Below, in pieces: positions 1-11,129 of a stretch of DNA of 64,000 bases. The translations under genes were made by a program, and so were the position numbers. Each line of letters starts with the position of its first letter. Positions within the stretch are counted from its first letter, which is position 1. The stretch lies in the NCBI GenBank assembly GCA_049840515.1, contig JASGKW010000019.1, forward strand, positions 49,589 through 113,588, in the 5' to 3' direction. A model generated the notes under the pieces. That model ran no database searches. It was not told where the DNA came from and saw only the letters and a program-made list of their open reading frames with translations. The stretch is from Muricomes sp. (GTDB lineage Bacteria; Bacillota; Clostridia; Lachnospirales; Lachnospiraceae).

Positions 1-87
1 TCTTCCCTTGTGTAATTTCCCATTATGCTTCTCCTCTCATAATAGACTATAATTATATTTTAGTTTCATTTTGCAATCCATATACAG

Positions 88-133
88 GAAAAAGGGCGAA
101 CTTATCCAAAGTCCCCTCCGGATAAGAACGCCC
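88..133 (-). terminator. Hairpin terminator downstream of gltD (usable in both orientations)
   Basis: Imperfect inverted repeat GGGCGAACTTATCC...GGATAAGAACGCCC at 94-133. It is preceded on the plus strand by an A-run (a U-run on the minus strand) and lies about 60 nt below the gltD stop. Confidence 0.5.
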
Positions 134-195
134 TTGTTCTTCTTATTAATTATGGTTGACATTATAACAAGGGCTTTTTGTCTTGTCAATAGATG

Positions 196-1662
196 TTACG
201 TTAAAGAATTATCAACTGCCTCCGCAGCCTGCCGGCCTTCCCAGATGGCCCACACCACAAGGGACTGTCCCCTGTGCATATCTCCCGCAGCAAAAACACC
301 GGGAATGTCAGTCTCATACTCTTCAGGTTCTGTGGCAACATTAGTTCTCTCATTTACAGATACACAAAATGCATCGGTGACATATTTCTGGCTTCCCAGA
401 AATCCTGCTGCAATCAAAACAAGCTGTGCGTCAATTATCTCTGTTCCCTCCACCGGGAACATACCCATACGCCCTGTTTTCTCATCTTTTCTGCTCTCCA
501 GTTTTACAATCCTTGCCTTCTGCACATCGCCATTTTCATCCTTGATAAACTCTGTCACCGTAGTCTGATAAATTCTGGGGTCATGCCCAAACACAGCAAT
601 CGCTTCCTCCTGGCCATAATCCGTCTTGCAGATGCGGGGCCACTGAGGCCACGGGTTGCTCTCAGTTCTCTCATCGGGAGCCTTTGGCATCATCTCAAGC
701 TGAGTGACAGATTTTGCCCCCAGGCGGATGGCTGTTCCCACACAGTCATTCCCTGTATCTCCGCCGCCTATAACCACCACATGCTTATCCTTCACATTCT
801 CAAATGAATTATCTTTAAATCCGCTGTCCAGCAGACTCTTTGTCACAGCGGAGAGAAAATCGACTGCAAAGTAAATATTGTTTGCATCTCTTCCCGGCGC
901 ATTGATATCTCTCGGATTTGATGCGCCGCAGCAGAGCAGTACACGGTCAAATTCTTTCTGCAGGTCGGATGCCTTTATATCCCTTCCCACATCCACTCCT
1001 GTTTTAAAGATAACGCCCTCCTGCTCCATCAGGTCTATTCTCCGGTCAATGGCTGACTTATCCAGCTTCATGTTTGGGATTCCGTACCGCAGAAGCCCTC
1101 CGATTCTGTCACTTCTCTCGAATACTGTAACCAGATGTCCCCTTCTGTTCAGCTGCTGTGCCGCTGCAAGCCCGGAGGGACCACTTCCGACAATGGCAAC
1201 TGTCTTTCCTGTTCTCAGCTTTGGAATCTGTGGTTTTGCCCATCCCATCTCAAAAGCCGTCTCTATAATAGCGTGCTCATTTTCTTTGATGCTTACCGCC
1301 TCATCATTCAGACCGCAGGTGCATCCAGCCTCACAGGGGGCAGGACAAACCCGGGATGTAAATTCTGGAAAACTAAGTGTCTTAGCGAGACGCAGATATG
1401 CCTGCTCCCAGTTTCCTGTATAAATCAAGTCATTTGTTTCCGGAATCAGATTATGCAGCGGACAGCCCGAAGTCATCCCCCCCAGCATAACTCCTGACTG
1501 ACAGAACGGGATACCGCATTCCATACACCGTGCTCCCTGTTTTGCCTGCTCTTCTCTGTTCTGATAATTCTTGAACTCATTAAAATGTTTGATTCTTTCC
1601 TTTGGTTCCTCCGAACTGGAACTTGTTCTTTCATATTCTAAAAATCCTGTAGGTTTTCCCAT
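196..1662 (-). CDS. gltD: Glutamate synthase (NADPH) small subunit
   Basis: 488-aa ORF with N-terminal Cys clusters (CMECGIPFC, CPAPCEAGC) and the dinucleotide-binding motif VAIVGSGPSGLAAA. It starts 3 nt after the end of gltB. Confidence 0.9.
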   Translation of the reverse strand: MGKPTGFLEYERTSSSSEEPKERIKHFNEFKNYQNREEQAKQGARCMECGIPFCQSGVMLGGMTSGCPLHNLIPETNDLIYTGNWEQAYLRLAKTLSFPEFTSRVCPAPCEAGCTCGLNDEAVSIKENEHAIIETAFEMGWAKPQIPKLRTGKTVAIVGSGPSGLAAAQQLNRRGHLVTVFERSDRIGGLLRYGIPNMKLDKSAIDRRIDLMEQEGVIFKTGVDVGRDIKASDLQKEFDRVLLCCGASNPRDINAPGRDANNIYFAVDFLSAVTKSLLDSGFKDNSFENVKDKHVVVIGGGDTGNDCVGTAIRLGAKSVTQLEMMPKAPDERTESNPWPQWPRICKTDYGQEEAIAVFGHDPRIYQTTVTEFIKDENGDVQKARIVKLESRKDEKTGRMGMFPVEGTEIIDAQLVLIAAGFLGSQKYVTDAFCVSVNERTNVATEPEEYETDIPGVFAAGDMHRGQSLVVWAIWEGRQAAEAVDNSLT

Positions 1663-1665
1663 ATC

Positions 1666-4600
1666 TTATTCTCCTCCTTTCTGACTAAAATTTTGATTGA
1701 ATGCTTCCAACTGTGCCTCTTCAGGGGATAATCCCTGTTCTATCAGCTTCGCTGCAAGTGTGGTCATCTTTTTATAGTCATCTGGAATAATCTTTTTAAA
1801 TTTCGGTAAATACTCCTGGTAATCTGCAAGTATTTTGTGGCCTTTCTCAGACCCTGTAGCTGCCGTATGAGCCTCAATCATATCGTGAAGTTCCTGGATA
1901 TCGGCTTCTGATTCCACTTTTTCAACAGAAATCATATCTTTATTGAGATTCTTATACAAATCATTTTTCTCGTCCAGCACATAGGCAACGCCTCCGCTCA
2001 TTCCAGCCGCAAAGTTCTTGCCTGTCTGGCCCAGGATTGCCACACGTCCTCCAGTCATATACTCACAGCCATGCTCTCCCACACCTTCTACTACCGCATA
2101 GCCGCCGGAATTACGAACTGCAAAACGTTCACCTGCCACACCATTGATGTATGCACTTCCGCTGGTTGCACCATAGAGGGCAACATTTCCTATAATGATA
2201 TTTTCATCCGCTTTATAATTTCTTTCTTTTGGAGGATATACTACAAGCTTTCCTCCTGAAAGTCCTTTGCCAATATAATCATTACAGTCCCCGCATAAAG
2301 TCAGTGTCAGTCCTTTTGGTATAAATGCGCCAAAGCTCTGTCCGCCTGCCCCAGCGCAGGAAATAGTAAATGTGTCATCTGGAAGTCCGTCTTTGTGCTG
2401 CCTTGTAAGCTCTGCCCCAAAAATAGTTCCAAATGCTCTGTCTGTGTTCCTGACTTCTACTTCCAGTTCAGCTCGCTCACCTGTTTCCAGAGCTTTGCCC
2501 AGCTTTTTGAGCAAAATCTGTTCATCTTTTGTATCCTCCAGCTTAAAATCATAAATCTGTGTCGGATCATAGGTAACTTTTTCATTTTCTGCCGCAAACG
2601 GATTGTTTAAAACAGCACCCATATTAATCTGTAAAGCCAAAGGATTCTTTGCATCCTCTTTTACTTTCAGCATATCTGTACGGCCCACCATCTCATCCAG
2701 TGTGCGGATACCCAGTTCTGCCATATATTCACGGAGTTCTTCCGCTATAAAGCGCATAAAGTTTACAACATATTCTGCTTTTCCTTTAAATCTTTTCCGA
2801 AGCTCAGCATTCTGTGTCGCCACACCTACCGGGCAGGTATCCAAGTTGCAGACTCTCATCATAACACAGCCCATAGTTACCAGAGGAGCTGTCGCAAAAC
2901 CGAATTCTTCTGCTCCCAGAAGTGCAGCCATAGCTACATCCCGTCCGCTCATCAGCTTTCCGTCTGTCTCAATCATAACCCGGTTGCGGAGTCCGTTTTT
3001 CAAAAGTGTCTGATGTGTCTCTGCCAGCCCCAGCTCCCACGGAAGTCCTGCATTGTGGATAGAGCTTCTGAGGAGCCGCACCAGTACCGCCGTCATAGCC
3101 TGAAATCAGGATAACCTGTGCCCCTGCTTTTGCAACACCTGACGCGATTGTTCCGACTCCTGCCTCAGAAACCAGTTTTACAGAAATTCTTGCGTATTTA
3201 TTCGCATTTTTCAAATCATAAATCAACTCTGCCAAATCCTCAATAGAATAAATATCGTGATGAGGCGGCGGTGAAATCAGGCTCACTCCCGGTGTAGAAT
3301 GTCTTGTCTTAGCAATCCACGGATATACCTTCTTGCCAGGAAGATGACCGCCCTCCCCAGGTTTTGCTCCCTGAGCCATCTTAATCTGAATTTCACTTGC
3401 GCTGACCAGGTAACGGCTTGTGACACCAAAACGCCCTGAAGCTACCTGCTTGATTGCGGAGCATTTATCTACAGTATTTCCTGCGCTGTCCAGGCGCTCC
3501 TCATCCTCACCGCCTTCACCGGTGTTGGATTTTCCATGCAGCATATTCATGGCAATCGCAAGCGTCTCATGTGCCTCCTCGGAAATAGAGCCGTAGGACA
3601 TGGCACCTGTTTTAAAGCGTTTTACAATCTCATCGACACTTTCCACTTCCTCAATCGGGATTCCCTTTTCCGGGTACTTAAAGTCCATCAGACTGCGCAG
3701 ATATCCGCTCTGCTCCATATCCACCATCTCTGTATATTCCTTGAACATTTTATAATTTCCATGTTTTGTGGACTCCTGAAGAAGATGAATGGTCTGTGGA
3801 TTATAGCGGTGATTCTCGCCTTCTCTTCTCAGCTTGTGAATTCCCATACTCTCCAGCTCCAGAGTCGTGGGCTGGTCCAGAGGATCAAATGCTTTCTTGT
3901 GGCGTGCCTCCACATCATTTTCTATTTCTTTCAGAGTGATACCGCCGACACGGCTTACTGTTCCTGTAAAATATTTTTCTATCACTTCCTCAGAAATACC
4001 GATGGCTTCAAATATTTTAGCGCCAAGGTATGACTGAATCGTTGAGATTCCCATTTTGGACGCAATCTTTACAATTCCATGCATAACCGCGTGGGTATAG
4101 TCATTGACTGCTGCATAATAATCTTTATCCAGAAGATTATTATCAATCAAATCTTTGATTGAATCCAGTGCCAGATATGGATTTACCGCACATGCGCCAT
4201 AGCCGAGAAGTGTTGCAAAATGATGTACTTCTCTTGGTTCTCCTGACTCCAGAATGATGGAGAGAGACGTTCTCTTTTTGTTCTTTACAAGATGCTGCTG
4301 CACCGCTGACACTGCGAGAAGTGATGGAATCGGCATATGGCTCTCGTCAACACCTCTGTCTGAAAGAACAAGAACGCTTACCTCTTCTTTACAGGCTTTA
4401 TCCACCTCCGCAAATACCTTGTCGATGGCACTGTCAAGTGATACATTCTTTTCATAGACAGTAGATATCACAGCAACCTTAAATCCATTTCTGCTCATAT
4501 TTTTGATTTTGAGCATATCAGTGTTGGTGAGTATAGGATTATTTACTTTTAGCATCTGACAGTTTTCCGGCTGTTCTTCCAGGAGATTTCCGGCACGCCC

Positions 4601-6214
4601 CACATAAACCGTAGTGGAAGTGACAATCTCTTCTCTGAGCGCGTCAATTGGCGGGTTTGTAACCTGTGCAAACAATTGTTTAAAATAATTGAACAGTGGC
4701 TGCTGTTTGCTGGAGAGCACTGCAAGGGGCACATCCGTTCCCATAGCTGCAATTCCCTCAGAACCATTCAGCGCCATATTGCAGATAGATTTCCGGTATT
4801 CTTCATAAGTATAGCCAAATGTTTTGAGTCTTCTGGCGAGAGCCTCTCCCTCGTACTCTTCCACTCGTGTATTTGGAATTTTCAAATCTTTCAGTTCTAC
4901 TAAATTACTGTCCAGCCACTCTCCATAAGGCTGTCTCTTAGCATAGATTTCTTTTAACTCATCATCGCTGAATACTTTTCCCTGTACAGTATCTACAAGC
5001 AGTATCTTTCCGGGGTGAAGGCGCTCTTTCAATACAATGTCTTCTTCCGGCACAGGCAGCACTCCCACCTCTGAGGAGAGGATGAAATCTCCACTCTTGG
5101 TGAGATAATATCTGGATGGGCGCAGACCATTTCTGTCAAGAATAGCTCCCATCACATCACCATCCGTAAAAAGGATAGAAGCCGGACCGTCCCATGGCTC
5201 CATCATAGTCGCATAGTATTGGTAAAAATCTCTTTTTTCCTGTGAAAGGGTGTTGTTATTTGCCCATGGCTCAGGAATTGTGGTCATAACTGCCAGAGGC
5301 AGTTCCATGCCATTCATCATCAAAAATTCCAGCGTATTATCCAGCATCGCTGAGTCTGAGCCTTTTGTATCTACAACCGGAAATACTTTGTGATAATGGC
5401 CTTTCAGGTAGTCGGAAACCATAGTCTCCTCCCTCGCCAGCATCTTATCTGCATTCCCTCTGATTGTGTTAATCTCGCCGTTATGTACAATAAGGCGGTT
5501 TGGATGAGCGCGCTCCCAGCTTGGATTGGTGTTTGTGCTGAAACGTGAATGCACCATAGCGATGGCAGACTCATAATTTACATCCTGAAGGTCGCTAAAA
5601 AATGTGCGGAGCTGACCTACAAGAAACATACCTTTATATACAACAGTGCGGCTTGACATAGATGCCACATATGTGTTGTCATTGCCTTGCTTAAAGCTGC
5701 GGCGGGCAACATACAATCTTCTCTCAAAAGGAAGACCTTTTTCCACATTTTCAGGTTTTTTGATGAATGCCTGCACAATATTAGGCATACACTCCAGGGC
5801 CTTGCTTCCCAAAACCTCAGGGCACACAGGTACCTGGCGATATCCTAAGAACTCTAAGCCCTCTTTTTCCATGGCAGTCTTAAACTGCTCCTTTGCCTGG
5901 TCACATTCCCTTTTATCCTTAGGAAAGAACAACATGGCGATACCATATTCCCGTTCCCCTCCAATGTCAATTTTTTCTTTCTTACAGGCATTGGCAAAAA
6001 ACTTATGGGAAATCTGAAGCATAATACCAACTCCATCACCTGTCTTTCCCTCCGCATCCTTGCCTGCTCTGTGTTCCAGATTTTCCACAATTTTCAGAGC
6101 ATTCTCTACAGTCTCATGGCTTTTTATTCCTTTGCTGTTCACCACAGCGCCTATTCCGCAATTATCATGTTCAAACTGTTGTAAGTATAATCCTTCATCT
6201 TTTCTCATAATCAT
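1666..6214 (-). pseudogene. gltB: Glutamate synthase large subunit, interrupted by a 1-nt frameshift (possible assembly error)
   Basis: Two overlapping ORFs together make one roughly 1500-aa GltB. ORF 2969-6214 (1081 aa) holds the N-terminal Cys amidotransferase (NCGIGAVV) and the FMN domain. ORF 1666-3096 (476 aa) holds the C-terminal domain. The frames join at [10 protein letters not shown] / [20 protein letters not shown], with one extra base near 3067-3073. Confidence 0.9.
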
Positions 6215-7824
6215 CTTCCTTTCTTATATTCAACGGCGGCACATACCAGCCCCGCAAAAAGCGGATGCGCCCGGTTTGGTCTGGATTTCAGTTCCGGATG
6301 TCCCTGTGTCCCCACAAAGAATGGGTGATCCATAATTTCAATCATTTCCACAATCCTGCCATCCGGGGAGAGGCCCGCAAGTGTCATGCCCTTCTCCTCC
6401 AGTCTTTCCCTGTACTCATTATTCACTTCATATCTGTGCCTGTGGCGCTCCGCAATCTCGTCCGTCCCATATAGTTCATAAGATTTTGTTTCCTTTTTCA
6501 GTTTACAGGGGTATGAGCCAAGCCTCAGTGTCCCTCCAAGGTCCACCACCCCATTCTGTTCCGGCATAAGAGCAATCACCGGATGGGGTGTGCCGGGGTC
6601 TATCTCCACGCTGTTCGCATCACGATAACCCAGCACGTCTCTGGCAAATTCCACAATTGCCATCTGCATCCCCATACAAATGCCCAAAAATGGAATCTCT
6701 TTCTCTCTCGCATATTTGATTGCCAGAATCTTGCCTTCCGTTCCCTTAATGCCAAAACCACCCGGCACCAGAATCGCATCAAGTCCCCCAAGCAGTTCTT
6801 CACAGTTACTTTCATCAAGAGCCCCGGAATCCACCCAGCGTATCTTCACACAGGCACGCCCGGCAATACCACCGTGCTTCAAAGCCTCCACCACGCTCAA
6901 ATATGCATCGTGAAGCTGTATATATTTACCCACAATAGCAATTTCCACTTCTGTTTCCGGATGTCTCAAATTTTCTACCATACATTCCCACTCTGTCAAA
7001 TCTGGCTCCGGACATGATATTTTAAGACATTCGCACACCGCACGCGCCAGATTTTCTTTTTCCATCGCCAGAGGGGCTTCATAAAGATATTCCACATCCA
7101 AATTCTGTAGTACATGATTTCTTGATACATTGCAAAATAAAGAAATTTTATCTTTCATTTCACATGATATGGGATACTCTGACCGGCATACCAGAATATC
7201 CGGCTGTAATCCCATTCCCTGAAGTTCCTTGACACTTGCCTGAGTAGGCTTTGTTTTTAATTCATCGGAAGCTTTCAAATATGGAATCAGGGTGACATGA
7301 ATCAGGATAGCATTCTCATGCCCTACGTCATGCTGAAACTGCCGGATAGCCTCCAAAAACGGCTGACTCTCAATATCTCCAACAGTTCCTCCCACCTCTA
7401 TAATTGCTATGCGCTCCTCATCCGGCGTCTTTGCCTTATAGAAACGTCCTTTGATTTCATTTGTAATATGTGGGATAACCTGCACTGTTTTACCGCTGTA
7501 GTCACCATGACGTTCTTTATGGAGTACAGACCAGTAAATCTTACCGGTCGTTACATTGGAATTCTTATCCAGACTCTCGTCTATAAATCTCTCATAATGC
7601 CCCAAATCCAAATCTGTCTCTGTTCCATCGTCCGTTACAAAAACCTCCCCATGCTGAATGGGATTCATAGTCCCCGGATCCACATTAATATATGGGTCAA
7701 ACTTCTGCATGGTCACTTTGTATCCCCGCGCTTTTAAAAGCCTTCCAAGAGATGCCGCAGTAATTCCTTTTCCAAGACCTGACACAACACCGCCTGTAAC
7801 AAATACGTACTTTACTGACATCAT
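6211..7824 (-). CDS. pyrG: CTP synthase
   Basis: N-terminal motif [19 protein letters not shown] and C-terminal glutamine amidotransferase motifs ([15 protein letters not shown]). An SD-like GGAAAGGAAAA precedes the ATG at 7824. The longer ORF to 7902 would run through the leader hairpin. The stop overlaps the gltB start (ATGA at 6211-6214). Confidence 0.93.
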   Translation of the reverse strand: MMSVKYVFVTGGVVSGLGKGITAASLGRLLKARGYKVTMQKFDPYINVDPGTMNPIQHGEVFVTDDGTETDLDLGHYERFIDESLDKNSNVTTGKIYWSVLHKERHGDYSGKTVQVIPHITNEIKGRFYKAKTPDEERIAIIEVGGTVGDIESQPFLEAIRQFQHDVGHENAILIHVTLIPYLKASDELKTKPTQASVKELQGMGLQPDILVCRSEYPISCEMKDKISLFCNVSRNHVLQNLDVEYLYEAPLAMEKENLARAVCECLKISCPEPDLTEWECMVENLRHPETEVEIAIVGKYIQLHDAYLSVVEALKHGGIAGRACVKIRWVDSGALDESNCEELLGGLDAILVPGGFGIKGTEGKILAIKYAREKEIPFLGICMGMQMAIVEFARDVLGYRDANSVEIDPGTPHPVIALMPEQNGVVDLGGTLRLGSYPCKLKKETKSYELYGTDEIAERHRHRYEVNNEYRERLEEKGMTLAGLSPDGRIVEMIEIMDHPFFVGTQGHPELKSRPNRAHPLFAGLVCAAVEYKKGR

Positions 7825-7854
7825 ATTTTCCTTTCCCAACTCTCCCAAATACAT

Positions 7855-7900
7855 AAAAAAGGCGTCGGATTCCCCATAATTTATAAAGGTATCCGACGCC
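7855..7900 (-). promoter_or_regulatory. pyrG leader terminator/attenuator hairpin
   Basis: Perfect 10-bp stem GGCGTCGGAT (7861-7870) / ATCCGACGCC (7891-7900), followed on the minus strand by UUUUUU. It lies about 30 nt upstream of the pyrG start and downstream of a TATAAT box. This matches the attenuator-type control known for Bacillus pyrG. Confidence 0.5.
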
Positions 7901-8199
7901 ATTGTCGTTGTTCGCTTCTATTATATTTTTTACATACTTTCCCCAAAGTGTTATAAAAAATCATGGAATTACTATATCTTATTTTGCCCGGTTTGTAAAT
8001 CCCTAAATTAAAAAAATTGTTATTATTTAGTCATACAGTCTGACCCCAATGCTGTGCAGCCATTTTTTTCACTAATGTGGCTAAAACTCTCGCTTTCAGC
8101 AAAATACCATATGCGGATATACAAATATATTCTGCCCCAAACGAGCCTGTATTTTCTGTATTTGCATACCTGTACATGGTTAAATTGTTAAAAAAAAGA

Positions 8200-8293
8200 T
8201 TGACAATTTTTCCTTTCCGTGCAATACTACAACACATAAAGCAAAGGCGCTTTGGATAAATTAATCCAAGGTGCCTTTTTCTTTTTCGTTTTG
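8200..8293 (+). promoter_or_regulatory. glnA (type III) promoter plus leader intrinsic terminator
   Basis: TTGACA at 8200-8205, then a 17-nt spacer to TGcAATACT. A 12-bp stem follows (GGCGCTTTGGAT 8246-8257 / ATCCAAGGTGCC 8264-8275, two G-U pairs), then TTTTTCTTTTTCGTTTT. All of this lies upstream of the SD AAAGGAG and the ATG at 8353. Confidence 0.5.
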
Positions 8294-8352
8294 CCAGAAG
8301 TGCAGAACTGATGAAAAGATATAAAATAATTTTTGAAAGGAGTGCCGCGAAT

Positions 8353-10454
8353 ATGTCAAAAGATATTCCTACACTATATGGAAGTCTGGTTTTTAGCGAC
8401 AAGGTAATGCGTAACAAACTTCCGAAGGACGTATATAAAGCCCTTCACAAAACAATTGAGAACAGAACACATCTGGAATTGGATGTTGCCAATTCTGTAG
8501 CAGTAGCTATGAAAGAATGGGCAGTTGAACATGGTGCAACACATTATACACACTGGTTCCAGCCCATGACCGGATTTACTGCTGAAAAACACGACAGCTT
8601 TATCGCTCCAAATGAAAACGGAGAAGTTATTATGGAATTTTCCGGCAAGGAATTGATAAAGGGAGAACCAGATGCATCCAGCTTTCCATCAGGAGGTCTG
8701 CGCGCCACATTTGAAGCCCGCGGTTACACAAACTGGGACCCTACATCACCGGCTTTTATCAAAGATCACACACTTTATATACCTACAGTGTTCTGCTCTT
8801 TCAACGGAGAAGCCCTGGATAAAAAAACCCCTCTTCTGCGCTCTATGGAAGCTCTGAATCAAGAGGCTGTAAAAATACTGCGCCTTCTGGGTAATAAGGA
8901 AGTTACAAGTGTTACTACGACAATAGGTGCAGAGCAGGAATATTTTCCTGATACCAAAAGAATTGTATGAGAAACGCCGCGACCTTATCTTTACCGGAAG
9001 AACCTTGTTTGGAGCACCGGCCCCAAAAGGCCAGGAGATGGAAGATCACTATTTTGGAAGCTCTGAAACCACGGGTTGCAGCTTATATGCATGACCTGGA
9101 TGAAGAATTGTGGAAACTTGGGATTCCTGTAAAAACAAAACATAACGAGGTTGCTCCTGCGCAGCATGAGCTGGCACCTGTATTTGACACAGCCAATGTG
9201 GCGGTCGACCACAATCAGCTGACTATGGAAATCATGAAGAAAACAGCGGAGAAACACAATTTAGTCTGCCTGCTGCATGAGAAACCATTTGATGGAATCA
9301 ACGGAAGCGGCAAGCACAACAACTGGTCTCTGTCCACCAGCACCGGTGCCAACCTGCTCGACCCGGGAAAAACTCCCTCAGAAAATATTCAGTTTCTTGT
9401 ATTTTTGATGGCAGTTATCAAGGCAGTCGATGATTATGCAGATTTGATGAGAGTATCCGCAGCCAGCGCAGGCAATGACCACCGTCTGGGAGGCAATGAG
9501 GCACCACCGGCGATTGTTTCCATTTTTGTCGGCGAAGAGCTGGAAAACATACTAAACTCCATCGAGGAAGATACCTATTTTGGAAAAGCAAATCCTGTAC
9601 AGTTAGAGACAGGTGCTCATGTACTTCCTCACTTTATCAAAGATACCACCGACAGAAACCGTACCTCACCTTTTGCATTCACCGGAAACAAGTTTGAATT
9701 CCGTATGCTTGGCTCCTCCGCCTCTGTGGCAAACCCCAATATGGTGTTAAACACTGCTGTGGCAGAAGCACTGGCTCAGTTCTCTAAGGAATTAGAAAAT
9801 ACACCCCCGGAAGAAATGGAAAGTGCAGTACATATACTGCTGAAACGTGCCATTAAAAAACATAAAAAAATAATCTTTAACGGCAATGGATACACCGAAG
9901 AATGGGTAAAAGAGGCCGAAGCAAGAGGGCTCTACAATCTGGTTACCACTCCGGAGGCCCTTCCAAGCTTCATCGCTGACAAAAATATAGAGTTGTTTAC
10001 CAGATATGGAGTCTTTACTAAAGAAGAAATTTTTTCCCGCTATGAGATTCTTCTGGAAAATTACATCAAAACAGTCACCATTGAATCAAAGACCATGCAG
10101 GAAATGCTCACAAAAGATTTTCTCCCGGCAGTCAGCAGCTACGCCGCTTCCACAGCTAAAAATGCTCTGGACAAAAAGGCCCTGCTCCCGACACTTTCCA
10201 CCAGTGCAGAAGAAACGTTGGTGTCAAGCCTGACCGGGACAGTCAATAAAATCACTTCCAAGCTGGAGGAATTAAAACAAGTCACCGCAAATGCTGAAGC
10301 CGCAGACAGCGTACAGCAGCAGGCCGACTTATTCTGCAAAGAAGTTTTACCTGTCCTTGAGGAATTGAAAACAGCAGTAAACGAAGCCGAGCCAAAAATG
10401 CCCGACAACCAGCTCCCATATCCAACTTACACGCAATTATTATTTTATCTTTAA
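8353..10454 (+). pseudogene. glnA: Glutamine synthetase type III, interrupted by two 1-nt frameshifts (possible assembly errors)
   Basis: The total of about 700 aa is typical of GS-III. Frame 1 (8353 to about 8946) ends ...IGAEQEYF. Frame 2 (about 8948-9058) reads [38 protein letters not shown]. Frame 3 (about 9060-10454) reads LKPRVAAYMHDLDEELWKLGIPVKTKHNEVAPAQHELAPVF... Confidence 0.85.
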
Positions 10455-10501
10455 GCCATAGGAAAAGGCACCTCAAGAGGTGCCTTTTCTATCGCTAAAA
10501 A

Positions 10502-10771
10502 TTATTTTGTCAGTTTGTCAATGACCGTCATTATCTCTCCTATTTTTTCGTGCTGCTCTCCTGTCTCAAATGCTTCTGTCACGCAATGTGCCAGGTGGTC
10601 ATGGAGCACATCCCTGTTGATATTGCGCAGGATAGCCTGAGTGGCCATGAGCTGATTGGCAATGTCAATACAGTACCGGTCATCCTCAACCATTTTCAAT
10701 ATTCCGTCAATCTGACCTCTTGCAGTTTTTAAAAGACGCACTATCTTTTCCCTGTCTGATCTCATATCCAA
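10502..10771 (-). CDS. csoR: CsoR-family copper-sensing transcriptional repressor
   Basis: 89-aa ORF with the CsoR/DUF156 pattern (GQIDGILKMVEDDRYCIDIANQ...LHDHLAHCV). It is the last gene of the copA-copZ-csoR operon. Confidence 0.85.
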   Translation of the reverse strand: MDMRSDREKIVRLLKTARGQIDGILKMVEDDRYCIDIANQLMATQAILRNINRDVLHDHLAHCVTEAFETGEQHEKIGEIMTVIDKLTK

Positions 10772-10786
10772 TCCTCTTTCTAATTT

Positions 10787-11020
10787 TTAGCTGAATAAGC
10801 CTTTCTTTTCCTTAATGGAAGTCACTTCAAAATCTGCCCCCTGAATGGCATCTATTAACACCTGGTCTTCCACATCTTTTGCCAAAGTAACTACTGCATT
10901 TTTCTTCTTAAGGTCCACCTTAGCCTGAACCCCGTCAATGGCATTCAATGCCTTTGCAGCCTTTGCCACACAGTGCTCACAATTCATACCTTCAATTCCT
11001 ATTACTTTCTTCATATCCAC
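10787..11020 (-). CDS. copZ: Copper chaperone, heavy-metal-associated domain
   Basis: 77-aa ORF with the metal-binding motif GMNCEHC. Confidence 0.85.
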   Translation of the reverse strand: MDMKKVIGIEGMNCEHCVAKAAKALNAIDGVQAKVDLKKKNAVVTLAKDVEDQVLIDAIQGADFEVTSIKEKKGLFS

Positions 11021-11129
11021 ATCTCCTCTTATAATTTTATTCCTACAGTCCAGTCACGCACGTATATCGGAAGATAGAATGGCTGCGCAGCAGTCAACTT
11101 GAGCTGTATGGCTGAACTGTATATTTTAT

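Noticed and set aside
1-23. Possible start of a minus-strand gene running off the left edge (SD GAGGAG, then ATG at 23).
   Set aside because: Only 7 codons are visible, which is too little to call.
71-1497. Plus-strand ORFs (71-568, 274-807, 878-1423, 1135-1497) overlapping gltD. Many similar antisense or alternative-frame ORFs occur inside every large gene in the track.
   Set aside because: These are shadow ORFs opposite or within strongly recognisable genes. They have low-complexity or implausible composition, no SD and no recognisable motifs.
8031-8417. 128-aa minus-strand ORF, and a 60-aa plus-strand ORF, in the pyrG-glnA intergenic region.
   Set aside because: The 128-aa ORF spans the glnA promoter and leader terminator and overlaps the glnA start; the 60-aa ORF lies upstream of them. 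The sequences are hydrophobic and low-complexity, have no SD, and look like chance ORFs in AT-rich DNA.
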